From positions 6,006,575 to 6,070,574 of the forward strand of contig NW_002060945.1 of assembly GCF_000150275.1 (NCBI RefSeq): a stretch of DNA of 64,000 nt, given 5' to 3'. The notes beneath the pieces were generated by a model. That model saw only the letters and a list, made by a program, of their open reading frames with translations. It searched no databases and was not told the origin of the DNA. The translations under genes and the position numbers were made by a program. The stretch comes from Trichoplax adhaerens (Eukaryota > Animalia > Placozoa). Shown here piece by piece: positions 14,856 to 28,051 of this stretch. The first letter of the stretch is position 1, and each line of letters starts with the position of its first letter.

Positions 14856-15978
14856 GTTATTATTACGGTCGATATCATTTAGCTTATGGCTAAGTTAACC
14901 TCCCCTTGGAAGCTAATAGAAATTAAAATTGTTTTCTATGCCAATGATAAAATCAAATCTGTAAAGTTGATGTAAATTGTTGCTTGATGTTGACTTCATC
15001 TTCTGTCAACCGTTAAGATAAAGCCTTGCTGAGCTTTATAGGCCTGTTGATAAATCTTCATGTGATTTTTTATATGATCACCTTCTATCAAAATGGAAAT
15101 CCCTTACGGTATTTCAACGTCAACTTCCCAAATAAAAGCAGCTTTTATCGTATACAGAATCTGAGCATGCATAATACTACCTACCTGCATGGGGTTAAAT
15201 CTTCACTGTAGTTAACTTTAAAACCTGCTTAATTCTAGATGGGAGGGGTCGTCCTATACGGTACACTATTTTACATAGCAATTATATCATATGTGTCAGC
15301 AGCAGTTAATGCGTAAAATATTATTAATACCATTGCTTCAAAATATATAGTTGGCCCACTATCTCTGCCTTTTATATCTCGATATATTACATTGCATACC
15401 GCAGTACATGAACGTCAAGCAACAACTATAGTAATTAATAGTCATTGTACTTTAGAACAGTTCCTAATAGATAGTGCTTCAATAAAAACCTGAGAAAATC
15501 GCTCAAAAAGGATTAAGCTAAGGAATGGCATCAAGTTCGCTAACAATAACTTTATTCGTGATCACATGCATCACGTTAAAATACAAACATAAGTATAAAA
15601 CTATGTCCAATGGTATATGGAAGCATCAAAATAAAAATTTTCATTTCACGCCATCCGCACCTCATTATGACTTAGTGAGTAATTGCGAGCTTATCAATTC
15701 GTTAAACCTAATCATATCACAAGTGTAATAATGATTCGAGCATCGCTAGTTAACAGCTCAACGTCACTAAATAGAATTAGAATGGTTACTATTTCAAACA
15801 AATAATGAATTAAGAGTTATATGACTGGTATGTGTTCGTGTATTCTCATTTTGATTCTTTCAGTAAATGGCTTTATGTCATAGATCACAAATTTCTAATC
15901 TAGAGCACAATCTCTTATCCATCTGAAAGAAGTATATTTACCATAGAACAAAAGCAATTACTTGTTGTTATTCTATAT

Positions 15979-18900
15979 TTAAGAGTTATTCGATAAAGCA
16001 TCTGTCGTAGTCTTCTTCCTTTTTCTTGAGCTAACTTGTTGAGGATTTCTATATAACATATTAATTAAATGCAAAAAAATAAAGAGTTAATTTTATATTA
16101 AGTCACTGACAGATTCCAAAATCTAATGGTAAACCAAACATGTACTATAGGATAGACAGCCCTTACCTAGCTATAGTTGATAGAATGTTTTTACATACGC
16201 CTTTAGAGTTTGCAAATTCTGATGAGCTTACTAGTTTCTCAAGGATGATTTTGATATCATTCAAATCACATGATCTGCAAGCCTGCATACGAATATTAAA
16301 TCGTAATAACGTTACAGACTGTCATATTATACCATTCATCTTTAACTACCACTGACCTCGGCATTATTTCTCACATAGTTGGCGTACTTCAATACTAGCT
16401 TCAAAAAATCCTTTAAATGTTTCTTCTTTAACTCTGATTTCATCTCTACGATTTCATTCAACATCTTAGAGATTTACAAAAGAGAAATATACACATACAA
16501 TTAAAATAATATTCTTAGCAATATGAGAATTCAATACAGAAATTTTCGCTTTATCCCTACCGATGTAAAAAGCGCTTCAATTTTATTGCAGTAATCATTA
16601 AATGATTTCTTAAGAAGATCCTACACAAAGATACGATAACAGCAAACATGATATTTTCGGTAATAAGGTTAGGCCTAATAATACGTCATAAAATATATGT
16701 GTAATTACATAAGGCTGGATAGCAGTTATAATTGCTGAAATTAGGATAGAAGCTTGTGCCTAAAATATTCGAGATACAGTAAAACATACGTCAATTTGAA
16801 GCTTACACGATAAATTTAATTTCCCTCGGTTTATAATTATTATATGAAATCGTGTAATACCTTCCTAAAGCTATTAATGCTATTTTGAAGATGGTACAGA
16901 AAATCTTCAGTTAGATCAAAAGATATTTCCTAAACCAAACGAACGTACATCCACATTAACTAATAGAAAGCTTATAAATATTTGTTACATCCCAACTTTA
17001 GTGCCAGCATACATGCAGCAATTTAATTTAGTTTTTACCGGGTATCGTCTGATCATTTCTGTACAGAAAGTAGTTGTGACTTTTGTTTTTCTATCAAATT
17101 AAAGAATAAATATTCAGTACATAAATTTTTTATTATACAGTCTAACTAAATAGCACCATGCGAAAGAGTTATTACTTGCTGGTCATGAAATCCTTGAGTA
17201 TAAGACGGAATGACGATTCTATGTGCTGCAATACACAACGGAGAAATGTTTCGTTGAGTCTTAGTAATTTACCCAAACATATCAAGTAACTTAACATGCA
17301 GTTTTAACCGGCATTTTTACGTTCATACGATTTTACGCCAAATTTACCGGTATCATATATTCTTTATTAGCATTCGATTGATTTTTCTTTGCTTGAGATT
17401 GTCGCCTTGTCTTTAATGGGGACAGTCCGATTTCTGGATTAATTCCTCGCAGAACACGTATCTGAAAATTTATCAATTTATCATAGCCATTAGATACGAT
17501 TTATACTATAGCTAAACAAATCGCAAATCAATTAGTCAGTAACAATATCCAAAATTCATGATGAAACTTACTAAGAAAAAATATATTATACTATTCGTCG
17601 CAAAAGTGGCCTGGGAAGAAGCTATATTTTATGTTAGTAATTAATTTACGATATGAAATGGTATTGATAACAGTGTTAAAATAATTTTTAATACATTTTA
17701 AAAGCTTGTCTGTAACTTCATTGAAGATCTCTACAGCATGATCAACATTCATTTTATCGCCACGGCAATACTATGAGGTATTAAAGAGAAAAAAAATATT
17801 GTTGACTATTTCATCACAGGTATTACCTGGATACACGTATACTTTAGCGAGCCTATTATAACATACATCTTGAATTTTGCATAGCTTATTTTTTAATATG
17901 CTTCCCGTTCTTTCGATGAATTCTTTATTGTCTTTACTCTTAGAAGTTGTAGTTATACTCAATAATGGGAGGACTAGGTCCTATAAAAGCATAATTATTC
18001 CTTAAATTTAACAATTACCTGAACATGGGAATTGAACATAACAATATGCGCGTAACTTACCACAATTAAAGGACTAGATGGACATTGCTTAATGAATACT
18101 TCGATAAGATCCAGAACTCTAAAATAATTTACAGATTAATGAATTACCGAATGTTAAACTGATAGCTGCACTTATCACACTTAAATGTTTTAGTAAAAAT
18201 AACGACTAACCTTAGCTTGTAATACATGATTGTGCGCTTGGTTTCTAAAAACGATAAAAAGATACTGTACCTTAAGCAAATCTTACATGAAATACAAACT
18301 TGAGAAGTGAAAGAAACACTAATATCCTGCTGGATAAAATTTTATACATTACATTATACCTTTTTTTGCTTTTCCATGACTTGCTAACTCTAATCGTTTC
18401 TTGAAAGCGGCAGAAAGAGCATCATCAAGTTTTAGCATTGTTTCGTCATCATAATCTGACAGACTTGCATCGCTGTCATCCTGTACCAAAAGGCTGATGA
18501 CGTTAGTCATACACAAACAACAATCATATACCGTAGTATTGAAACTATCATCCTTATTATTTCCCTATTCCAAGCAAGGATACATTTACATTATATTAAT
18601 TGATTGTTAAGATTCAACAGGCAAATTTACCTCCATGTCATCAGCGGCATCACCTAAAGCAGTACGGACTTCCTGTCGAAATCCTTCATCTATCGTTTCA
18701 GTTTCTTCCTCACTTGATTCCTCTTCATCATTTGATTCCTCTTTATTACTTAATTCTTCATCAAGCTGAAATAGTAAAACGATTGGTTGAACCGATAATT
18801 ATACCAATGATGAATCATTGGAAATTCGTATAATTTATAGCTGTGGATTGTATGGTATATAATACAATGTGCAAAAGTTGTACATTAATGCAGTGCGTTT

Positions 18901-21900
18901 CTTACAGATTCAGCTTCGTCATCGTCTTGGAAACCTATATTCCAGAGTTCGAAAAACATAAAATTCATGCACTTTTCTATATTTAATATAAGGAAAATTT
19001 AAAGAATTTCCTCATACCTGATACAACTTCTACAGAAGATTCTTGACCCATTTCATTTTTAGGATCGATGATCTTCGAACGTAAGCAATTAATTGATTTT
19101 AGAAACAACGCTAAATCATTAAATTATAAAATTTCAACCACGAAAGATATGAAACTCACATCAGTTATAGATTTTAAGCCATCAGAAGTCAAGTGATTGC
19201 AAATAAGTTGAAATACGCTATTGCATAATGATCGTAGCATGCTAGATGGGTACGTCATAAGGCTAAGTAGGATCTCAGTCAAAACTTCAATCCATAGTGG
19301 TTCTATCGTGATATATAAAGTAATTAATTATGAGTTACATAAAGACAATATAACGTATAGGAAAATACAAGCTAAATTATATAAACCATTACATCTAACA
19401 AATACAGGTAATTAATCGATCAATCAATCAGCCTGATCTTACCTTTCTTTTTGCTATTAGCTTGTTTCTTTGCAGATAATTTATTATAGCAGACTTGCAA
19501 TTCCTACAAAACAGATACCTCAGTTATATTCAACAAATGACAAAATAAAATTGTAATCGGGTATAAAATGTATTTGAAAACTTAAGAATACACACTTTAA
19601 TTAGTTCAATAGAATTCTCGGTATTTTCAAAGATTGTAAGACCAAGATGAGAAAATAATACTTCAAAAGCAATACTTTCAGGTTTATTATCTTTAATAGA
19701 CTAATAAACAAATAAGAAATAAAAACGAGTAGGTCATTAATCTCTAAACGTTGTAATCCGGGATATCGCAACAGTTAAACATGTATAGATATTAATACGT
19801 ACTTTTTCGTGAATTCTTTTAATGATTGAGATTAAGTCATTGACGATATCATTTATCTAACCGCATAAAACAAAGTATTGTTTAACAAAATTCTAATAAT
19901 AATAATAATAATTGCTAAGAGAAGATGTTGCCGTACCGAATTAGAGTGCTCGACTGATTCAATTAATTTACATTCCTGTTGATACAATTCCTATCACAGT
20001 AGATGATATAATTAACGATTAAATTATTAAAGTAAATAATATGAGATAAGCCTAATCGCAAAATTCGCATTACTCTAGTTAGCAATAAGATTTCATATCC
20101 CCAGTAAAATCCGTTACTCATTCGACCAGCCATTGGAAGCTGCTTTGGAGCACGTTTATTTGTTACGGAAGAAGTCGAATCAGAACAGCGGTTTGATAAT
20201 TCGGCTAATGCACTTTGTAGACGTTCGCATAATACTTTCCTAACGACTTCCGAAATTTCCACAGCCTAAGGAGGAGCATCAATAAATACCAAAGATATAA
20301 TTACAATTTGACTTAAATTGGTTATTAATTATGAGTGGCTTAATTTTAATGCCTTACCTTAATTGAATCGTCAATATCATTAGTGGTTGTAAAAAATGAA
20401 TGAAATAATAAAAATTTTAAAACATCTACCACCCAACTTTCGTCAGTTGTTGATAACTTGTAGGACTTCATCAACGCTAACATCTGGACATAAAAAGAAA
20501 CGGTAAGAAACAAAATCTGCTAGTAAGGACTGAAGGTAACTTCCTACTTGATTTGCGACCCATATTCTTGACTGCTCTAGTCCACATTTTTCCCTGTTCA
20601 TTAAAACGATAACAGCATTATAATAGATATACATGCACACAAATATTTCGTACTATCAGCTACAAACCACCTACGTTGCCTGAAAAATAGTTTCATATCC
20701 AAAATTGAAGACGCTCTTTATCATTGAAAGATACGCCAACAAAGATTTCGACTGCATCTAGCAAGCCGCAAAGAGATTCGATATCTTTATTAATAACAGA
20801 CGTGTGAAATTCATGTTTCAAATATATCGTACCTTAGCAACAATTGACTGTACAGTTTTGGTATGGGTGATACTATCAAAATTGATATGACCCTGACTAA
20901 AGGTTAAATTGATAAAATTGAATGGGTTAAATTTTTGCATTCGCATGTCATATCTTCCACATGAAAGTTTTCTTTAAGTGAACAAATATAAATCATAAGG
21001 AAATCACTCACTTGCTAATAAGTTGCTTAACAATATGAAAAGATAGGAGTGAATCGTCCTTTTCAGCAAAATTTTCAAGAAATGTAGCCTAATTTCCAAA
21101 TCAGTGTCAATTAAGATATTAGGTACATCAACTAACTAATAACCTGTATTAGAATATCGTTTCAGACAATTTGAAGTGAAAATGACAGACCAAATGCTTA
21201 GCCGCATCATACAGATAGGCTTTAGTTGAGGATAACGAATTGATAAATGTCCGTAAAAACTCCTTAGATAGTACCACGTTAACCTAAGAATAGTAAATTG
21301 AATTTGAAAATCACTTACTAACGAACTAATCAAAATATAAATTCGATAGTGCAATTTATCGAAAGTAATAAATAAGAATTAAATGTTTTGTAAATTGCAT
21401 TTTATTGCATGTATTGCCTGATCATCGCCTATTTTCGGTATAATGGCTTGGACGATCTTAAAGACTAAAAACTTTCGCTCGTGACTTGAACTTAGTAAAA
21501 CATCTGCAAAAGATAAAAGCCACGTATACCGGAACATATTTACTATTCATTTATGGACCTCATGGATAATGATACATCTTACTTACTATTTATAACTGTA
21601 TCCCAGAATGTGGCTAGCACGGAAAAGGAATTTTTTATATTATCGAATAAAAAATCTAAAACTTCTCCCCAGATGTTATGTACGCGTGGATGTGTATATG
21701 TTGAATCCTACAGATTTTACGAATCGGTTGAACATTAGCAATTTCCTATAAATCATCCATTCATTTGGTACTTTTTCTATGTAAGCAGTGTTTTAAATTA
21801 GCCAATAAGAAATTGCTATGATCGGGATGATTTACTGGTATATATGATAATATTGATTATATGACATGGCGAAATTGCAGTAGCATCGTTCCTACCTTTA

Positions 21901-24863
21901 GAATATCAGCCATCTTTGCATAATTTTTAGTATCAAATACTGGTGTATCACCCCAATCTTTTGATAAGAGTTTCTGATATGGCTTGTTCTAGAAATTATA
22001 ATTATGCGCTATGATGAACCGTGTATACATACATGGTTAAGCTTATTGCGATAATAGTGCTTATAATGATTAACAAAACTGCTGTTAACGCAATTTTCTC
22101 CTATTATGACTAAGTGTTACATGGCGTAGCATTTGGAGACGATAACGTTTGTAGCGTCTCATAAGATATAGTCCAGTTTACTCATAATATGATATACCAT
22201 GGTAGCAATGGATGAGGATATGTGGATTTAACTGGGTAATAGCACCATTGCAAGCTGTTAGTGTATGAGTAATTGCGACTAAAATCATAATTACTCTACC
22301 ATTCATTACCTTATATGCTTTCTCGATGCAAAGAACAACCATTAGAGCCTCAGGTGTCGTTTCATTCCATCCTTTCTGAAGATCAGTTTGTAAAATAGGT
22401 GCAATATGCCTTACAAATAGCTTAAAAGGGACCTATTTAATAAATTATCATAAATTTTATCACGATGCAGATTTATAGAACCTGTAATAGTGACACTACG
22501 TGAAACACTAGATTGCGATTTTATTACCTTTTTAATTATATCAACAATTCCTGTAATAGCAATCTCTCGTATATAATTTTTCTCTTTGCTTAATTGGAAC
22601 AAATTCTTTGTCACCAGAACCAAGTCATTAGCATCGGCTTCCTACAATATTAAAACAGATAGGAGCTCTTTATTGGAAAATTTAGATTCTTACAAAATAT
22701 ATAATAAGATTAAATTACTTACAGTTCTCATATCAACTGTCAGTAAATTATCTAGCAGAGACATCTAAGCTACACGATAGTTTGTACATACGATACGGTA
22801 TTTTTATAACCTTGCCAGCTATGGTAAGTACTGATACGCCAGAAGACTTACTTTATCTTATATTTACGAACGTTGCTTTGATATCAATTTAATAAGTACG
22901 ATAGAATGCTAGTAAAGCCTTCGTGGTAAATTATGTAGGAATATTGAAGTATGGAAGCTGTTACATTATATTGCTATAGCGATAGGCTAATTAAATTTTT
23001 AGATTGTTGCATTTTATACTAATTCAGTAGTCTATGAGCTACGTTATTCACCATATGATTCAGGAGCAATGGCTCAATTAGGTAATAAATAGATCTACTA
23101 TTAACGTACCGTAAGATCAAATGTAATCGTACGTTAATTAGTATTTAATACCCGTAGTGATCATGACCAAGTAGTAAGTAACTACTTAAGATAGATAGAT
23201 TTATGCTTGAATTAATATTTGGTTATAATTATTTAAAATATTTAATAACACTCGTATATTGTACGAGTATAATATTAACGATTAAATAACAATATTTTTT
23301 TATGATTCTAGTAACTAACGTGGAAATGTTCTATGATTACATTTATTAATGAAAAGAATTAGACGAACCATATGATATAGTCTACCGGAAGAAATAATGC
23401 ATAAGTTCACGAAGACTTGGCCAATGTAGTTATTTCTTTTCTCCTAATAGGATAATTACGACAATAATGCATTCATTACTCATTAAATTACGGCTACTTA
23501 AGTATTGAACTACTAACGTATCAATGCACAACTTACTGGATAATACTATATATTAAGTATTCAAGCATCAACTTTTCGATATTACAATATGATTGCAAGT
23601 ACTCTAACCTCACTCTTAGCTGAATGGGTAACAATTAAATGTTCGGAAGACAGATGCAAGACACTTTCTATGGATACCTCGCGGAACTGTTTCAGTACCT
23701 GCCAATAAAATTAATCAATCAATCAATAGAAACTGAATGAGCTATCGGTAGTATAAAATGACGTAACTGGTTTACACATGTATAACTCACGTACTTCTGC
23801 AAGTAATGTAGAAAAGCCAAGTCTTGCAGCTTTCCTAAAGGATCCAAGACCTTTAACTAATCGCTGTACGGTATACTGGAGTTCGTTGCATAGCCGTTTG
23901 TCCAGCTAAAACAACATTATTAGACAAGATAGTTAATGCTCTATTGCAGAAATAGCTAAACTTCATTTATAAATGCTTTGATAAAGATGTTTTGCATTTG
24001 AGATATCTCTATGAACGCATCGTAGTTTATCTGATTACAACGTTCATAGGCTAACAGTAGTGCTTATAAGTTATCATTCCACTCGAGGTGAAATCAGCAC
24101 TGTACTTTGGATAATGCGGTCCGGTGAGATAGCGTACTGTATGAACATTAATTCATTATCATGAGGTCAACGATGTTGGTACAAGTACATCAGTATTCAT
24201 TCTCTAAACAGTTATTATTTATCGACAGTATTATGAAAAGAGAGCATTCATTGATGGAAAGATATCTACATGTATGTAATGTAATACGAGAGAATAATTG
24301 ATTATGCACTTTTAGTAGAAGAAATTCCTAGACCTTATCATAGTAATCATGCAATGTTAAATTATACTCATGCACAAACATGCGCGAATGTATGGCGCAG
24401 CGAAAAGCTGCAAACCAGGAAGGAACTATATGAAATGAAATTAGAACTACTGTCAACGTAATATCGTTCTTACTTTAATACTCCTCATCAGCTATGAGCT
24501 ACTATCCACATTTGAGAAAATGACAGTGTAGATATGCAGAAATATACTAAGGTACAAGGCTCATTACAGTTATTCGATGATTTCTTATTATAGCACATTG
24601 TATGTTAATGCAAATTTCGGTAAGCAGGATTTTCAATGCTAATGTAGCAATAATTGAAATTCATTATTACAATGTAACGTTAGTGTTGATACCTGCATGT
24701 TAGGCTGCTTTTGCTCGCTGTATTCTTTCTGCAGTCGTAAGACTACTGTAAGAATGTTTTCAGCAGATAGCAACCTTTCGTCTTCATCAACAGATGCTAA
24801 GGTCCAGAAATAGGGTAAGATGTCATTCTGTGCATCACTATTAAGGCGTACTTTCTTAGCCAT
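15979..24863 (-). CDS. MYBBP1A: Myb-binding protein 1A / Pol5 family nucleolar protein (many short exons)
   Basis: Exon 1 (24863-24693) gives FWTLASVDEDERL. Exon 2 gives LQYTVQRLVKGLGSFRKAARLGFSTLLAE. Later features are an acidic tract (~18400-19000) ending DDETMLKLDDALSAAF, then KLRVLDLIEVF, and a terminal exon with basic RKRKK and TAA at 15979. Not all internal exon boundaries were verified. Confidence 0.85.
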
Positions 24864-25777
24864 TTTGAATTCGTTGAAGGAGATACAAGATGTAGTGACC
24901 TCAACCGGAGCAGGTGACGTGCAATTCTTCAACCTTTTTGGTGTCAGCTCAAAGCAGAATCTGCAGTACTGTCCTATACAGTAGTACCAAAGCAGTACCG
25001 AGTCCTATACTGTGCTAACCAAATCATTGTGACCACAGTGGTTAACTTAGTACAGTACTAGTAGGGGGCAGATCGCGACTCACGTGCCTCATTCTGCTGT
25101 ACAATGTACAGTACCATCTTTTACAGTACTGTATACTGTGCACGAGTGACTTCTACTGTATACTGTACTGTACTGTAGAGTAAATTCATCTTATTAGGAG
25201 TTTCCGATTGCTAACTGCAACGTGGCTATTCGCCATTATAGCATTTCATAGATCTCTTGCATCTTTCGTGCATTTACCATTTACTGAATTCAGTTTAGTT
25301 AATGCACTACGTAGTACAAAGGCATTGAGAACAAGCCAAATCGTTGCAAACATACAAAAATTTTAATATTTCTCAGCGGCATCTAGCTGGTTTTATCGCT
25401 GGGTTTCGGCGTCAAACTATCGTTCGGTCAAATTTGTTCGATTTGACTGAAATAATCGTCTTCCTGGTGTAAAACGGTATCGTTCATAAACGTAAATTAA
25501 TGACATAGTAACAAAAATAGACTGATTTCACTCAACTTAGCAACAACAGATTAACATTTTCATATGGTTAACCGCTGATGCAACGCCCTCTTTCCGTCGA
25601 AAACCGAAATCTAGACCGACTACTATAGAGTTGATGATAATAATAATTTTTAGAGATAAGAACTCAAGAAACTCATTCATTCATGCGATACTTGAGAATT
25701 TAGTACTGTTAATGTAGCTGTAACAGTAGAGAGATGATTCCTATTGATGTACCGCAGATTTACTCTTCCATTCAACA
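24864..25777. promoter_or_regulatory. Divergent (head-to-head) MYBBP1A/NAGLU intergenic promoter region
   Basis: The two ATGs face outward ~0.9 kb apart; TACAG/CTGTA cluster at ~24960-25180. Confidence 0.55.
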
Positions 25778-28051
25778 ATGACCACTATTGCAAGTACTTG
25801 TATTTTGATATTTCTTTATCTATTCACTATTGCCTTTGCAACTGGAGACCGTTATCAACGGTTCCCATCGTTAAAGGCGATCAAACCATCCACAGATGAA
25901 ATTACTCAGCGAAATGCTGTGAAAGACTTAATTGCAACATTACTCCATGAAAGAGCTCAAGAATTAGATATTAAGATTAATAATAGTATTCCAAAGTTAA
26001 GTCCTGACGCTTTCGAGCTCGATTCAGATGATAAACAAATCTTGATTACTGGCAGTAGCGGAGTTGCTGCTGCTTTTGGTGTTCATCATTATCTTAAATA
26101 TTATTGTAAAGTTCATTTATCTTGGACTGGTGATCGATTGAAATTGCCTCAAACTCTACCAAAATTGAGTCAAAAAATTCATGTGGAGATTAATCAAAAA
26201 TTTCGATATTATTTTAATGCTTGTACTTTTAGCTATTCTATGGTATGGTGGGATTGGCAACGATGGAAAAAAGAAATTGATTGGATGGCATTAAATGGTA
26301 TTAATATGCCCTTAGCATTAACTGGTCAAGAAGGTATCTGGACCAAAGTATACAAAAAGCTGGGCTTAACGTTCGCTGATTTGGATAATTTTTTTACCGG
26401 CCCAGCATTCTTAGCTTGGAATCGAATGGGTAATATACAACGATGGGCTGGTCCACTACCTCATGATTGGATTAATAAACAAATAACGTTGCAAGTCAAA
26501 ATCTTAGATCGTATGAGGAAATATGGCATGTTACCGATCTTACCAGCTTTCAATGGTAATATTCCAAATGCTTTAACTAAAATCTATCCCAAAGCTAAAA
26601 TTGTCAAAAGTTCCCCTTGGTTCGGTTTTAGTAAGCGCTACGGCGAGACTGCTTTATTAGACCCTAGAGATAAGCTGTTTATAGTTATTTCAAAGTTATT
26701 TATTGAAGAAGAAATTAAAGCCTATGGTACTGATCATTTATATAGCCTTGACCTATTTAATGAAATTGATCCGCAATCCAAGGAATTAGAATATCTAACT
26801 GCTGTTAGTAAATCAGCATATTTAGCTTTAAATTCTGCCGATACTAAAGCTGTCTGGATTATGCAAGGATGGATGTTTTATAACGATAATTACTACTGGG
26901 AAAATAAACGAATACAAGCATTTCTATCGCCAATACCAAAAGGACGAATCGTTATATTAGATTTATTTGCGGAAGTTGAACCTCAATATCATCGTAGCAA
27001 CTCATTTTTTGGTCACCCATTTATTTGGTGTATGCTTAATAATTTTGGTGGAAATGCAGGGATGTACGGTACGTTTGAAACCATAACAGAAGGTGCAATT
27101 TCGGCCTACGATATGAAAAATTCAACCATGATTGGTACTGGTATGGCACCAGAAGGTATCGGAAATAATTATATTATGTATGATCTAATGGCTGAAATGG
27201 GATGGAGGAAGATTGCGGTTGATGTTCGCGATTGGGTTGTTGTCTATACGGAACGTCGCTATGGTGGACTAGACGAGAATATTATTAAAGCATGGCTTCG
27301 ATTAAGTGAAACGGTCTACAACTGTAATGATATGAGACAATACCATTGTCGAGCACTACCAGCTGTTAGACCGTCGTTAAAAATCGCCAACGATGTTTGG
27401 TACAGTGCTGATGATATTTTTTTTGCTTGGGAACATATGTTAAGAGCGAATAACGAATTCATCTCCGAAGAAACATTTCAGTATGACATCGTGGATGTGA
27501 CACGTCAGGCTTTACAAGAATTAGCATTTATAATGTATAAGAAGGTAACCCAATGTTACCATGATAATAATCAGGAAACGTTGAAAACAGCTGGAGGTGA
27601 ATTGATTGAATTATTCACTGATATGGATACACTATTAGGAACGAATTCACATTTCCTATTAGGGCGCTGGGTAGCAGATGCATTACAGCATAGTAATAAT
27701 ATATCAATTAAACAACAACTGCGATTTAATGCTCTAAATCAAATAACACTGTGGGGTCCATCTAAATCAATATTGCATGATTATGCTAACAAAATGTGGA
27801 ATGGGCTAGTTGATAAATTCTATAAAAAGCGCTGGTTAATGTTTATTAAAGCGCTATCAGATTCCATTTCTAATAATATTTTATTTGATCAGCAGAAATT
27901 TAACCTCGCTGTACAGAAATTTGAAGCGGCTTGGGCAAGTGAAAACAATACATATGCTACCACTAGTAGCGGTAGTAGCGTAACTGTATCGAAGCAATTA
28001 TTCTCAAAATATAAAAAAAACATCGAAAAATATCGACAATTGCAAACTTGA
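25778..28051 (+). CDS. NAGLU: Alpha-N-acetylglucosaminidase (GH89), single-exon ORF, 757 aa
   Basis: Signal peptide; RYYFNACTFSYS, WMALNGIN, FLAWNRMGN, WCMLNNFGGN, NQITLWG; both catalytic Glu motifs (DLFNE, GMAPEGI) intact. Confidence 0.97.
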   Translation: MTTIASTCILIFLYLFTIAFATGDRYQRFPSLKAIKPSTDEITQRNAVKDLIATLLHERAQELDIKINNSIPKLSPDAFELDSDDKQILITGSSGVAAAFGVHHYLKYYCKVHLSWTGDRLKLPQTLPKLSQKIHVEINQKFRYYFNACTFSYSMVWWDWQRWKKEIDWMALNGINMPLALTGQEGIWTKVYKKLGLTFADLDNFFTGPAFLAWNRMGNIQRWAGPLPHDWINKQITLQVKILDRMRKYGMLPILPAFNGNIPNALTKIYPKAKIVKSSPWFGFSKRYGETALLDPRDKLFIVISKLFIEEEIKAYGTDHLYSLDLFNEIDPQSKELEYLTAVSKSAYLALNSADTKAVWIMQGWMFYNDNYYWENKRIQAFLSPIPKGRIVILDLFAEVEPQYHRSNSFFGHPFIWCMLNNFGGNAGMYGTFETITEGAISAYDMKNSTMIGTGMAPEGIGNNYIMYDLMAEMGWRKIAVDVRDWVVVYTERRYGGLDENIIKAWLRLSETVYNCNDMRQYHCRALPAVRPSLKIANDVWYSADDIFFAWEHMLRANNEFISEETFQYDIVDVTRQALQELAFIMYKKVTQCYHDNNQETLKTAGGELIELFTDMDTLLGTNSHFLLGRWVADALQHSNNISIKQQLRFNALNQITLWGPSKSILHDYANKMWNGLVDKFYKKRWLMFIKALSDSISNNILFDQQKFNLAVQKFEAAWASENNTYATTSSGSSVTVSKQLFSKYKKNIEKYRQLQT

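Noticed and set aside
18576-18583. GTATCCTT (U12-type donor) on the minus strand in MYBBP1A
   Set aside because: It lies mid-intron; the flanking exons already join in frame through ordinary GT-AG sites.
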